Below, piece after piece: positions 40,522 through 56,211 of a DNA stretch of 64,000 bases (its first letter is position 1; each line of letters begins with the position of its first letter). The DNA comes from Salpingoeca rosetta (taxonomy: Eukaryota; Protista; Choanoflagellata). The stretch lies in NCBI GenBank assembly GCA_033442325.1, contig JAWQFM010000026.1:590328-654327 (forward strand), read 5' to 3'. Made by a program: the position numbers and the translations under genes. The notes beneath the pieces are model-generated. The model was not told the origin of the DNA, did not search any database, and worked only from the letters and a program-made list of their open reading frames with translations.

Positions 40522-42419
40522 CTATTGATGCTGGGCCTTAGGAAAGATGCGCCGCGCGTGTTCAATGCGGCCGGGGGCGTCCAGGGTGCGAAGGAACGCG
40601 CCCATCTGCCAGCAGGAGCAAGACGACAGCGGCGGTGCCTTTGTGGCGCTGCGCTGGTCGAAGCTGCGCGCGCTGTCTGTGTCACTAGGAAAACGAGGTC
40701 TGGGTGATGTGGCGGTGCTTGTCGACGACTGACGCGTGGCGACAGAGACGGGGTACCGAGGCGGGTGGGCGCCCAGACCAGACGACTCAGAAGAGTGGGA
40801 GGCGTTGTATGTTGAGGTGGACGTGGAGGGTGCACGGAGCGCGCCGCCCGCGCGCAGATGCTGCTGCGGCGAGTGAGCGTGCTGCTGGCCAGCCTGATGG
40901 TCTTTCCTCTTCTGCCGTGAGCGCTGTACAGCACCGGCCTTGGGTGTGTGCTGCTGCTCGAAAAAGTCTGAGATTTCCTCGGCGTTGATGCCGTGGTGCA
41001 GGGCCACGTGGTGGGGCAGCGATTTGCAGCGAAAGGCGGCCATCCACACGCTGTCGAACAGCACGGGCGTGGGCGCCGGGCCACGGAACAGGAAGTTTGT
41101 CATCTGAGGCCCAGCCTCGACGGTGACGTGCGTGTAGCGATGGCGTGCCCAGTCGAGTGCCTCCGCTGCGGAGAGCTCGCGGGAGCAGGAGACAGCAAAC
41201 TGCCTATGGTTGCGGCGGTAGCGGATGACGTTTTGGGCCAGCTTCATGTTGGTTGTGAGCACGGTGACGGCAATGTTGGGCTCGTGCAGGGCTGGGTGGT
41301 CCAGGTCAAAGCCGTCCTCTGAGACGACGCAGATCATCAGCTTCTCTGGTCGCCCGAGCTGCTCTCGCCAGGAGCACATTTCGTCATGCTCTGCGTCGTG
41401 GGGGGAGAACCGCCATGAGAGCTGCGGGTCTTCACGCAGGCGCGCGCCCGTGGTCAAGATGGCCTCCGCCCTGGCACGGCTGGCACCCAGCACGAACTGA
41501 ATGTCGCTAGCGCGGTCAGCCAAATCGGCATCATCGTTGCAGCAATCTGGGGTGTATGTGGCGTCCAGCAGAGGCAGGGGTCCTCGGCTGCCCCGCAGAA
41601 CATCGCACAATTCCTGCGCGCGCATGCGAGTTGGCGTGAATATGAGTAATTAATTTAGTGAGACGGAGTGGAGTGTATTGTGCGCGAGGGGGTTAAGTGT
41701 GTGTGCGTGTGTATGGGAGGGGGGTGTTGATGAAAAGAGAAGGGCGTGGGACCGATCAACTAGAAAGGATCAAAGGCGATCGAGGCAATGCTGCGAAAGG
41801 GTTCGACGTGACCATAGCAGTCACTGTCCACGCTCAGTGTGGGTGACAGAAACGATCGTGTGCACTGAACAATTAAGCTCAAGCCCCAGCGGTTGACCAA
41901 AAAAAAAAAAACACCCACGACCCACACGATGTAACAATGACACAAGGTGACAGGTGCAGTGATTGCCTTGGTACGTATACATACCTTTGGCTTGCGTCGA
42001 GAGTGGCGGTGGCGGTGGTGGTGGGAATCTGATGCGTTATGGGACTTGACTTTGCGCATGGTGCTTGTGGCACTCCTCGGCGTGTAATTGTCGCCAGCGA
42101 CAGATGACCGCGGCGATGAAGGCAGGGAGTGGGTGTGGGAAGAGGAGCGAAGCCAGATGCGGGACACGGTAATGACACCGCTGCACACGGAGAGGGGCAC
42201 TGCATCCTCGCGGATGCGCAGGCACTGGGCCAAGCGCGCCGACACCCTGGCGGCGTGCTGTTCTGCTTGTGTTGGTTGATGGCGCGCTTCGGGGATCGGA
42301 GGGGTGTTTGCGTGGCTAGACAGGTCCATGGTGTCACTGACAACGCCTTCGTCCGTCACGCAGGAGGCGAGGTTGTGTTTTGTGTGTGCCGCCACGGCGT
42401 CGGTGGCGAGGTGGTGCAT
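40522..42419 (-). CDS. Putative RibD-C / DHFR-fold reductase-like protein (two exons; start 42419 or 42329)
   Basis: Exon ..-41985 (donor AAG|GTATGT) joins in phase 0 to 41613-40522 (acceptor GCGCAG|GAA). Motifs DIQFVLGASRARAEAILTTGARLREDP and HVTVEAGPQMTNFLF resemble RibD_C (R-A-ADAIL-G--T-R and VEGGP). C-terminus is Ser-rich. Confidence 0.6.
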
Positions 42420-43135
42420 GCACAAATGCAAGATGAGTCGGAGGGCACGGAGCTAGCTGCTGGCGCGTGGTGGTGGTGGTCTTGTCGTGACGCGGTGCTA
42501 GTGGACTTGTTTGTGTTTGCTGCTGTGTGCGAGTGAGGAAATGATGGGGATACGGGCGACTTGAGTCACGGTTCACGAGCCGCTTGCAACAGAGCAAGCA
42601 ATTGGGGGAGGGGGGGAGGGCAGCGAGTGGTGAGCTTGTTGTCTTCTTCTTGTCCCGATGGCTGCAACCACGATTCCAGGAAACTTGAGATCATGTGTTA
42701 TTGCAGGGCATCGAGCAATCGTTTCTGGCTCATTTGCACCTTTTTTTCAGGAACTCAGCGTGAACCGGGCGTTTCAATCGTTTGGCTCACATCAATGATG
42801 TCATCGGCACGATTGCTGACTCGGCATTTCTTCACTTGCTGCGCTCATGGGACGGGCCCAGCCACTGGACGGTTTTTTTTCCTTCCCCTTTTTTTTTCTT
42901 CTTGCTCGCGAGTGTCGTGTCTCCAACGACACACACGTGCAGTGCAGTGTAGTGTGTTTCGGGTTTGGAAAAGTCACCAAAGATAAGCACAAGTCGTCTC
43001 TTTTTTTTGGTTTGTCTTCTTCTCCACGCGCACACACGCTCGCACTCTCGCCTCTCGACAGACACACTCTTGCCTGCTGCCAGCACTGCTTGCCCCTTTC
43101 CCTGCGTACATCACCACCACCCATCACCGTTCGTC

Positions 43136-43797
43136 ATGGCAACTCCTGTTGAGCACCTTAACGTCGCCGACCAGGTTGGCCGCTTCTTCGTCCAGGTCTA
43201 CTACCAGACGCTGAACGAGAAGCCCAGCGACATTGGCAGGTGCGTCCTCATGTGCTTGTGTGTGTGTGTGCTTGTGTTGGTGTGTGTGGAGGATGAACTG
43301 TGGACAGCCACCAGCGTGAGCGTGGGCGCGCGCTTCACACGTTTGGTTTGGCCCGGGGGGGGGGGGAAGTGGGTCCGCTCGCACGTGTGCTGTTGTGCGT
43401 GTGTGTTATCACACAGAAGAGACGTGTGTACATGGAATCCACGCCCAATAGCAGCACAACACACGTCTTTCTTGTTGCCATAGATGTGCGCGTGTGTTTG
43501 TCGAGTTTGGATGATCGTCGTTTGTTCTCACGTGCATGGTACATGCTGTACTCGTTCGTTGGGTTGATTGCCATCGACACGTCCACGCACACACACACAC
43601 ATACACACACACACGCACACACGCACACATATGCAATGTGAAGGTACTACCTCCTCGGAAAGTCCACCGCCGTGCGCACGGACGAGGCTGGTATGCAGAC
43701 CACCTTCCATGGCCGTGAGAACATCACCCACGGCATCGCCGGCGAGCTCAAGCCCCTGCAGACCCGCACGGAGATCTCCTCGGTAAGCACTCCCGTC

Positions 43798-43833
<36 letters not shown>

Positions 43834-44585
43834 TGGCAGCGGTGCCGTTTCTGATGCAGCCGATTGTTTGCCTGCCCATGTTGGTTGGTTTTGTTGCTCG
43901 TCTTGACGTGTGTGAGTGACCACTGCCCTGACGCCCTCTTCTTTCCCTCCCTCCTATCTCTCTCTCCCTCCCTCCTCTCTCTCTCTCTCTATGTGCTTTC
44001 CTTGTGTCTTCTGCACATAGATCAACTGCGCTGAGCTGCCCCTTGGCCACATTGCCGTCCACCTTGTTGGCTTTATCAGCACCAACGGCAAGGAGGCCGA
44101 GAAGTTCACCCAGGTCTTCGTCCTCATCAAGGATGTGAGTGTGCATTGTGCGCGCGAGTGTGCGTGTGCATTTTGCATTGTGCGCGAGCGAGTGGCCGTG
44201 CGTGTGTGCTTGCAGTGTGCCGGTGCCCGTACAAGCCCGCGTACATTGTGCGCGTGTGTGCGCGTATGTGTACATGTGTGTATGTGCACGGAAACGGCAA
44301 AGACTACCTAGTCGCCCAAATGTTCCGCTCCTCAGTTTATTTCTGTTGCATGGCACTTTGTGCCGGCTGCCCCACACCTGCCACCACGCCGTGCCCGCTT
44401 CTGCCTCACGTCTCATAATTTGTGTTCTGCTCCCGGCAATCCACCCTCCGCTGCACCACCCACCACCATCCACCACAGGGCGATAAGGACTCCAAGCGCT
44501 ACGCCTGCGCCCTTGACATGCTGACGTACCTGCACGGCCGCGAGGACGCTGCTCCCCAGCAGCAGTTTTACCAGCAGACCATGCC

Positions 44586-44618
<33 letters not shown>

Positions 44619-45836
44619 GGAGGAGCCTGTCCAGGTGTGTGTATGTGTGTGTGTGTGTGTGTGCACGCGTGCGCGGAAGTGCTGCGTGTGCATGTGTTTG
44701 TGCGCCGTTGATCGGTGTTTGGTGTTTTTGTGTCTGGTGACCCTTGCACTTTGTGTGGATGCACTGCACTTTCTCCCAGCGTCCTCCGAACCTCATTTCC
44801 CCCCCCCCCAACACTGTTTTATCTCTGCCACGCCTACACTCAACCCCGACTGTTTTTTTGGCCTCTACTGCATGCGCTGCGCTAGGCTGTTGAGGAGGCT
44901 GCACCTGTCGCCGAGGCCACCGAGCCCGTTGCTGAGGAGCCGGTTGAGGCTGCCCAGCCGGTTGTCGAGCAAGAGCCCGAGCAGCAGCAGGTGGAGGAGG
45001 TTGAGGAGCCGCAGCAGCTGGCGGAGGCAGAGCCCGAGCAGCAGGAGCAGCCCGAGGTTGAGGAGCAGCCTGTTGTCGAGGAGGCCGCCCCTGTGCGCCC
45101 CGCCGTCAAGCCGTCGTCGTGGGCTGCGCTCGTGTCCCGCCCCGCCGCCGCAAAGCCCGCAGCTGCCGCCACATCTGCTCGCCCCCAGCACAAGCCCCAG
45201 AAGCAGGCCCAGAAGGCTAAGCAGGCCCAGAAGCAGAAGCAGCAGAAGCCGCAGAAGAAGGGCGAGGGCCAGGACGAGCAGGGCGAGAATGTGCAGGCCG
45301 TCTCGCAGCAGGAGCCGGAGCAGCAGCAGGTGCAACAGCAGCAGCAGCAGCAGCATCAGCAGACCCAGGGCGCCAAGGGCAAGCACGCTGGCGAGCGCCG
45401 CCCCCGCCGCGGCAACCAGGAGAACAAGCCGCGCCGCCCGAACCGCGACGACAAGGAGTTTAACGCCCGCTCCCTGTTTGTGAAGAACGTTCCCCTCAGC
45501 ACCACGGACGACGAGCTGCGCGGCGTGTTTGGCGCCATCGGCGACGTCCAGTCCGTCGACAGCTTCCGCACCCGCAGCAACACCAGCAACTTCAAGTGCG
45601 CCGTGGTCGAGTTTACGGAGCCCCAGGCTGCCGACGCCTGCCTTGCCGAGGAGAAGCGCGGCACCTTTGTTGTGCACGACTCTGTGCTTATCATTGACAA
45701 GCGCCGTGAGCGCCGTGCTGGCGACCGCCCACCCCGCGGTGACCGTCCACCACGCGGTCCCCGTGGCCCTGGCGGCCCTGGCGGCCGTGGCGGTGCCCCA
45801 CGTGCCCCTCCCGCTGGCGACGCCGGTCGCCGCTAA
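43136..45836 (+). CDS. G3BP: G3BP/Rasputin/Bre5-like RNA-binding protein (NTF2-like + acidic region + RRM + RGG)
   Basis: VADQVGRFFVQVYYQTLNEKP and KFTQVFVL (NTF2-like); E/Q-rich linker; KPSSWAALV; RSLFVKNVP...FGAIGDV...CAVVEF (RRM); RG/RGG tail. Confidence 0.88.
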
Positions 45837-46966
45837 ACCGCCCCCTCCCCCCCCACACACACACCACCCTCACCACTCCTCTTCACCCAAACAACACTTC
45901 AACCGCTCCATCTTCAATGTGACTGCACGTCGTGCCCATTAACACCTCCCCCCCCTCCTTTTTTTTTTTTTTTACTTTTCTCTCGGTAGCGTTTGGCCTG
46001 TTTTCGTTTTTGTTTGTTCATGTCTTGGCATGTACTGGTGGGCTGTTGTGGTTTGTTCCCTGTTGCGTCGCCGTTCTCGTGCTTGTACATGTGATTTGCT
46101 GTGAAACGATGTGACATGACCCCCACCAGTTCGTGGTGTGGTGTGCGTTGGTGTTGGTGTTTGCGTTGCTGTGGCGTGCTTTGTGGACATGATGTCATGT
46201 GTGTGTGTGTGTGTGTGTGTTTTTGCACGCTGTGGTTGTGCTTGCGATGTTTGGTTATTCTCCCTTCCCCAACGATATACGTTGGCGATATTGGACGCAT
46301 CCTTTTTTGAGGACCCGTGCAAGTGTATTGCTTGTGTTGTTGTACATTGGGTTGTAACGTGACGTGTGTGGGTGGGTGATGACGCATGTCGATGGGTTTG
46401 CGCCGTTTCATCATGTGTGTGCGTGGGTGTGCTTGCGTGCGTGCAGACGCAGTGCATCGCTGTTGTAGCCGTCCAGCTGGTTGCAGCAGTGTCAGTCATG
46501 CCTCATCATGCACCCGCGCCTCGCCCTCCCGCTCCCTGTTGCCCCCGTCTTCGCTGGCTGGCATTGTCTTTCTTCCCCTCCCCCCGCCCTGTTCGTACCT
46601 GCTTCAACACCTCTGGTGTGTATTGATGGTGCGACACCCTCCCCTGTTTCTTCCCGCTTGTTCTCGATTGGTTGGTATCGTACAACTGCAAGCAAATACA
46701 CTGCACTTCCTCGACGACCGCCACACGCACAGATTAAGTCTATGAAGCACGTACGCTCGAGTGCACGGACCAGCAAGGCAATCTAATCCGATGGACATTG
46801 CAGTCAACCCTTGCACGTTTTATGGCTTGTTGCAACACTGCACCACATCATTGCAGCTGACCCCTTTCCACCCACACATACACGGCAATCACGCTCAACC
46901 ACACACACAGCCTCCCACCCCCCCCCCATGAACCCACTGCATATCGGGTGCAACGAGTGCAGCAGC

Positions 46967-49377
<2,411 letters not shown>

Positions 49378-49669
49378 CTCGCTTGTTGCTCGGCTGTGAT
49401 AGTTGCGGTCGCAGCAGTGGTTGGTGGGGTTTGAGGAGGTGCGCTTACAAATGAGACCATATGTGCATTTTCAAAGGACGACAAATTGTCCAATATCCCT
49501 CAATTGACAAGCCACAGCAACAGTTTATGATGTCGGGCACAACGTTGGGGAGCCAGGAGAGCTTGGCGTGGGCTGGCGGAATGTTCATCCACCACGTACA
49601 CGCACCTGCACACACACACCTTCACACCTTCACACACACATGCACACACACGCACTCATACACAACACA

Positions 49670-50033
49670 TCACGTGTACAGAAGCGTGTCGACGGGTCGT
49701 CGGTTCACCTTCTTGCAGAAGGCGCGAACACGTTCATCATCCTGTTGCCATAGAACAACCAAGCATTTATGCATGGCGTGAGTGTCACACAGACAGACAG
49801 ACAGGCAGACAGACAGACAGACAGACAGGCAGGCAGACAGACAGACGTACCAGAGTCAGCGAGGTGCCGATGGAGGAGAGGGCTGGCTGGAAGACAGAGA
49901 CGTCATCGACGTGCAGTTGCGAGGCGACACCGGCACCCTCCCGATAGCTCACAAACGCATACGCCTCAACACCGTCCCATTCGCAGCCGGAAATCACTGC
50001 GCAGTACAGTGACATGAGTGTGTGTGTGCGGAA

Positions 50034-50072
<39 letters not shown>

Positions 50073-50451
50073 NNNNNNNNNNNNNNNNNNNNNNNNNNNN
50101 NNNNNNNNNNNNNNNNNNNNNNNNNNNNNNNNNNNNNNNNNNNNNNNNNNNNNNNNNNNNNNNNNNNNNNNNTATAAACAAAAAAATAGAAAGAAGTTTG
50201 GTTCGAGTGTCACTCCCGCACGGTCGGCTGCCCATTGGCATATCAGTCTTGTCTCACATTGCATCTCTTTGATGCAGGCATTCGTGACTTACCACGGGTA
50301 GCGAGTAGGCGCAGCTGTGCGTGCGCTTGACGCCTCCAACGCCGGTCTCGTTTGGTGCAGACATTACTTTCGTGTTATAGCCTCGAGCTACTGTGAGCTC
50401 TCAGCCAGCATGCTCCGCAATGGTGGGATCGCTGAACACACACACACACTA

Positions 50452-50505
<54 letters not shown>

Positions 50506-51682
50506 CCGCGCGCGCGCATACACACACATACACATACACATACACCACTGACTTGCTGCTGCGATGGACGTGAGAGCATTTGGGGGCTCGAGGCGCTGGG
50601 CCGACGCCACTGCACGTGATGCTTCGCTGCTGGTGGCCAGATACCTGTCCTCAGCATTGGTGTTGTTTGTTGGTTGTGTTGTGTTGGGGCAAACATGTGA
50701 GGCATATGAGGAGAAATGGTGCAATTACAGGCAGTTGGGGCAGAATAAGGTCGACGGGGGGGGGGGAAGGAGGAGTGGTAGGGTTGGTTTCACGCACAGA
50801 CACACACACATGTGCACGCATCCACGCATCATGTTGGCATTGCCGACCTGAGCATGGGCGTGTGTTGTGGCGGATCTGTGGCCTGGTAAGAGGCCAGGGC
50901 CGCCTCCCCCAAGCAGATGTAGCGCTTGGCGGACACATGCGACCGCACCTGCAACGCGCGCAGCGTTGTCGGGTAAATGGAATGCAAAGACACAAGTGGT
51001 CATGACGCTGTGGTCATGGCGCTGTGGTGATAGCTTCTCGCGTACACACACACACGCACGCAAACATTCAGCATGAATTCACACGCACATACGCACACAC
51101 AGACACACGAACGCACAGACACACACAGACACACAGACACAGACACACGCACGCACGCACGCACGCGCGCGCATATCCAGGAAGCGCACCAGCTGGGTGA
51201 AGCTAGCAGCATCATCGGATCGCAGCATGCCCTCACACTTGCACACTGCCACTGAGCCGCGAATCTCAAATGTTGCTGTGAAGTGAATGGGCTGTGTTGG
51301 CGGTGAGCACCGTGAGGGCTGTGTGAGAGCGTTGGAGTTGTGCACAACTTGACCTACATGCCAGCAAGCAACGCACACAAAACGTGCGAAACACAATAAA
51401 ACATGGCAATGAGGACAGCAAAGGCAGAACGCAATGCACGACGGAGCAAAGCAAACTCACCTCTACCCTGAGCGGTGGATGACCGGTGATCTTGATGTGA
51501 CTTGGGTCCTGCTGTGCTGGTGCAGTGTCTGCTGCGTCACTCGCGGTGAGCGCGTCGACAAAGGCTGTGGGTACTTCCCCAATGGCGATGATGGCATCCT
51601 CAAACTTCTTCCCCATCAACGTTTGCATCCTGTATGTGACAAGCCAAAGCACATGGTGTGTGTGTGTACATGTGCGTGTGTG

Positions 51683-51714
<32 letters not shown>

Positions 51715-51930
51715 AAGCAGCGTGTACGTGTGAGATGCAGGGTAAAGTGTGATCTGTGCGTGGGGTTCTTTTGTGTTTGTGTGTGATTTGTGTTGGTGCT
51801 TGTGCCACCGAACAGCTTCGTCTGTACGAACATACCTGAGGGAGAATGTACTCTCCTTCTTGTCAAGGGCAGCAAGGTCGTCCTCGCCATAGTCCAGCGA
51901 GGGCGGCTGAGTCTCTTCCACATCTGCCAT
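49670..51930 (-). CDS. PSMG1: Proteasome assembly chaperone 1 (PAC1/PSMG1)-like
   Basis: [18 protein letters not shown]; [13 protein letters not shown]; PMLR|YLATS; [13 protein letters not shown]|[18 protein letters not shown] (cf. LEQPNIV..LPAAVLSYC); ends ...DTLLYT*, a C-terminal HbYX motif typical of PAC1. One intron spans gap 50073-50172. Confidence 0.75.
50073..50172. other. Assembly gap (100 N)
   Basis: Run of N. Confidence 1.
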
Positions 51931-52086
51931 CGTCAACTTTTGTTGTGGACAAGCAAGCAAAGCCAAGGATGCAAAGTTGAGCAGCGACCACCAAGTGCCG
52001 ACGAATAGAGCAAGTCATTGCCACTTTTCCACAACCACCGCAACCGCAGCAAACCACGACCACGACCACCTCCCCACCAACCAACC

Positions 52087-53351
52087 ATGGCCTCGCAGAT
52101 CGAGAAGGAGCTCCGAGAGGTGCTGGACGGCATGCAGCAGCTGCAGACAGGTCGGTCGAGTGGGCATGTGAGTGTGAGTGTGGGTGTGAGTGTGGGTGTG
52201 AGTGTGAGTGTGGGTGTGAGTGTGGGTGTGCATGTGAGTGTGAGTGTGAGTGTGCGTGTGAGTGTGAGTGTGAGTGTGAGTGTGAGTGTGAGTGTGAGTG
52301 TGAGTGGGGGAGTTGTTGCAGCAGCTTGCAGCAGCTTGCAGCGATTTCTGCTTGGTATCCGTGCGTGCATATATGTAGGCTCATGCTGCTGCTGCTGGTG
52401 TTGTTGTGTTGGTTGTGCGTGTGCACGCTATGCCCATAAACAGAGAAGAACAGCCTGATTCAGACACGGGAGAAGCTGCAGACCCAGCTGTCCGAGAACA
52501 AGATGGTCAAGCAGGTGCGCGCGTGCGCGCGCGTGTGCGTGTGTGATGGGCGGGAAGCACGGCCCTGCATGGGCGCGAGAAGGGGCTCATGTGATGTGCC
52601 TGAATGTGTGGCCGTTGCCTATCTTGCCAGCTCTGCTTACTCTGCTTACTCTGCTTTCTCTGATGACGCTACGGGCGTTGCTTGAGCTTGAACTAATCGC
52701 CAGCGTTGTTGCGTTCGCGTGTGGCGTGATCGATGATGGTGAATCAAATCCAGGAGCTGGATCTCGTTAAGGAAGGCGACACTGTGTACAAACTCATGGG
52801 GCCGGCGCTGATCAAGCAGGTTAGCACGAGAGCGTGACTGGCCCGGGTTGGTCTGATCATTGGCTGAAGTTTCTTTGTTTTGCATTGCAACTCAAGCTCA
52901 CATGCTTTGTGCCCTTTTGCGTGGTCACAGGACTCTAGAGAGGCCCAGACAAACGTGGGCAAGCGACTCGAGTACATCGAGGCGGAGATGTGAGTGAGTG
53001 TGTGTATGTATGTGTGTATGTGTGATTGAGTGTATAAGAGTATGTGTGAGTGAGTGTACACGTGCGTGCGTGTGCGTGCGTGCATGCGTGCGTGTGCGTG
53101 TGTGCATGCGTGCATGCGTGCGAGCGTGCGAGCTGACGAGCTTGCCACAACCCATGACCACCGCTCAAACGTGTGTCATGCTCCTGATTTGCGTGTTGCG
53201 CGTTTGTATGTTTGCGCAGCAAGCGATATGAGAAGCTGATGGACGACAACGAGGCCAAGGCGGCAAAGGCGCAGGAGAAGGTGCTGGCCCTCAAATCCAA
53301 GCTGGACAAGGTGCGCAATGGTTAACATGGCGTGCATTGGCCGTGATTGTG

Positions 53352-53432
<81 letters not shown>

Positions 53433-53621
53433 GTGCGTGCGTGCGTGCGTGAAGTGTGTCTTGATGATGGACGATGAGAACTGCCACAGTGGGTCACACG
53501 CAAGCGCATCCCACCCGCTGTCACCCCATGCCGTGCACACTCTTTGTCCGCTCTACATGCATGTCCCCCCCCCCCCTGCTCGCCCCTGTAGGAGCGTGAG
53601 GCACAGTCGAAGAAGCAGTAG
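52087..53621 (+). CDS. PFDN6: Prefoldin subunit 6 (beta-type)
   Basis: [16 protein letters not shown]|[22 protein letters not shown]|[20 protein letters not shown]|KRYE. Last exon 53592-53621 reads EREAQSKKQ*; alternatively the unspliced form stops at about 53324. Confidence 0.93.
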
Positions 53622-53830
53622 GCGTTGGTTTGTGCGTGTATTTGTGTGTACGTGTACTGTAGCGTTCGACCTGCCCAAGGTCCACGTCCTTGAAGAATGG
53701 CTCCTGCAGCAATTGCGCAATTGTCGGCAGCGAGCGGATAGCATCACAGACATAGAGAGCTTGTGAGTGCCTGAACGCGTGTCTGTGGCCTATGTGCATG
53801 CACGCGCGGTTGTGCGTGTGTGTGTGTGTT

Positions 53831-53903
<73 letters not shown>

Positions 53904-54605
53904 AACTGTAAGTGAGCGGGTGTGGCGAGATGGATGAAGAAACAAGCGTGCGCAGAAAAGACGCTGTTCAACCACATGTCAGTACGCGTGCACGCTGCAA
54001 TGCAGCTGTCCCATGTTCACGTGTCGATATTGCATCATGACGCGTGCCATGATCAAGCCCACCTGCTGCTGCGCCCTGGGGAATGAAATCACACGTGGCC
54101 GCCCCGAGCGGCTGCCCAAACACCATCTGCTCGCCGTGATCAAGGGCGGTGGTGGTTGCGGGAAGGAAGGACGGACGCACGGGTGGGTGGGGTGAGTCAC
54201 GTTGCACAGCAGGCGAGGAAGATGTGCGTGTGAGGGAATGCGCGAACACTGGAGATGATCAGGCAGTCACACACACACACACACACATACACACGCACAC
54301 ATAAACGTCAGCTTGAGAAGGTAGGTGCGAACTTCGCCATGTTCACATCCACACAGCCGAAGACACACACAGATGCGGTGACCTCGTAGAGGAGTTGACC
54401 GAAGCAGTAGACGTCACACAGCTCAAGCGTTGAGATCTTCTTCAGCTCCGTAATGTGGCCGCTGTACAACGATGGCAGGCCTACCACACGCGGCAGGGGG
54501 GGGGGGTGAGATGGATACTTGATGAGAGGGAAGAGGAAGCGGTGAAACAGATGTACAAAGCCTGCACACACAGACACACAGACACAGACACAGACACAGA
54601 CACAC

Positions 54606-54676
<71 letters not shown>

Positions 54677-55307
54677 CACACACACACACAGACACACAAC
54701 GCACAACGCACACAACGCACCGAGCACGCCGTTTTCGACGTCTGTGATTTGGCAGAATCGATCCGAGATGACGAGGACGTTGCCTGCATGCAGATGCCCA
54801 TACGGCAGCCCGCGGTCGTGCAGGAACTTGAGCGCCTCTGGTGGCGGTGGCAATAGGATTGTGTGCGTATGATTGTGATTGTGTGTGAAATTGTATGTGA
54901 AATTGTGTGTGTGCGTGATTGTGTGTGAGATTGTGGCGAACAAATAGCCGGAGAAGACACAGCAAAGAGAGCATGAATGGATCAGCGTGCACAGCACAAC
55001 ACCATGCAAACCACCACCACCACCACAAGAACAACAAGAACAACAAGAACAACAAGAACAACAAGAACTATCACGACCGCCACCGCTGGCACGCACCGAG
55101 GATTTGTCTGCCAAAGAGCCGAACGGTGCGCACATCGAGACCTTTTGGCTTCTTGCCGACGTACTTGCGCGCAAACGGCAGCTGGGCAGGTGGTGATGGG
55201 CATTGTGATGGTGGTGGTGGTGGATGTTGTAAGTGGTGGTGGTGGTGAGGTTTGATGCAAGGAACGATGGCGCTGATGTCATGGAGCAGTGCAGTGAAAT
55301 CACCAGC

Positions 55308-55385
<78 letters not shown>

Positions 55386-56097
55386 GTGTGCGCACGGAAA
55401 TGTGTGCTTGCACCGCACCTTTGGGTTTTTGTTTCGTGCAATGAGGTCGCGAAGTGATCCCTGGTACAGCAACAATCGTGACAGCTATGAGAACAGCAAC
55501 AAAGTCACGCTGCGGGAGCACAGCGCAAGGCACGCCACAGCCGCCACTGAGGGCATCAGCAGTGCATGCATGCAAGCAGTGCATGCAAGCAAGCAATGCG
55601 CGATGCATCACCTTTGGGGCGAGGGCGCGGACGAGGATGGCACCGGGCTCCTCAGCGCCGTGCACACATCCCAGAGACGCTGCATTGGTGTTGAAGTTGG
55701 AAGGGGGGGGGCGAAATAGTGGGCAGAGTGATGGAATGGGTGATTGGAGGCAACGGCAAGCGAAGGAAAGAAGGGAACAAGGGGGAGAAGGGAATGCAAA
55801 CGTGTGAGAAGGCGAGTCACAGCAGCAAGGGCACAGACACACACACACACAGACACACAGACACACACACACCTCCAGCGATAAATGGGTGTGAGATGCC
55901 GGCAATGTATTTGAGGACGCTGTTGAGGAGTTCTGTGGGCACAAAGGACGTGGCTGGGATGGGCACCTGGGACACATACAGGCACACGCACGCACACGCA
56001 CACGCATGCAAACACATGGGGTGAAGCGAGGTTAGGGGCTCAGCGATTGACATGGAAACGTTTGGCGAAGAAAAGTACACACCCACACACAGACACA

Positions 56098-56134
<37 letters not shown>

Positions 56135-56173
56135 AGACACACACCCACCCACACACACAGGCACAGACACACA

Positions 56174-56211
<38 letters not shown>

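Noticed and set aside
44865-45860. Long antisense ORFs over G3BP, TPP1 (29155-30009) and Sec24 (13901-14563)
   Set aside because: Shadow ORFs expected from GC-rich codon usage on the opposite strand.
50198-50215. GGTTCGAGTG, resembling a tRNA T-loop or Pol III B-box
   Set aside because: No cloverleaf or matching A-box could be built, and the upstream sequence is a gap.
52646-52885. Minus-strand ORF ([15 protein letters not shown]) considered as the missing PXK tail nested in PFDN6
   Set aside because: Only a superficial resemblance. It overlaps a conserved PFDN6 exon and has no convincing splice path.
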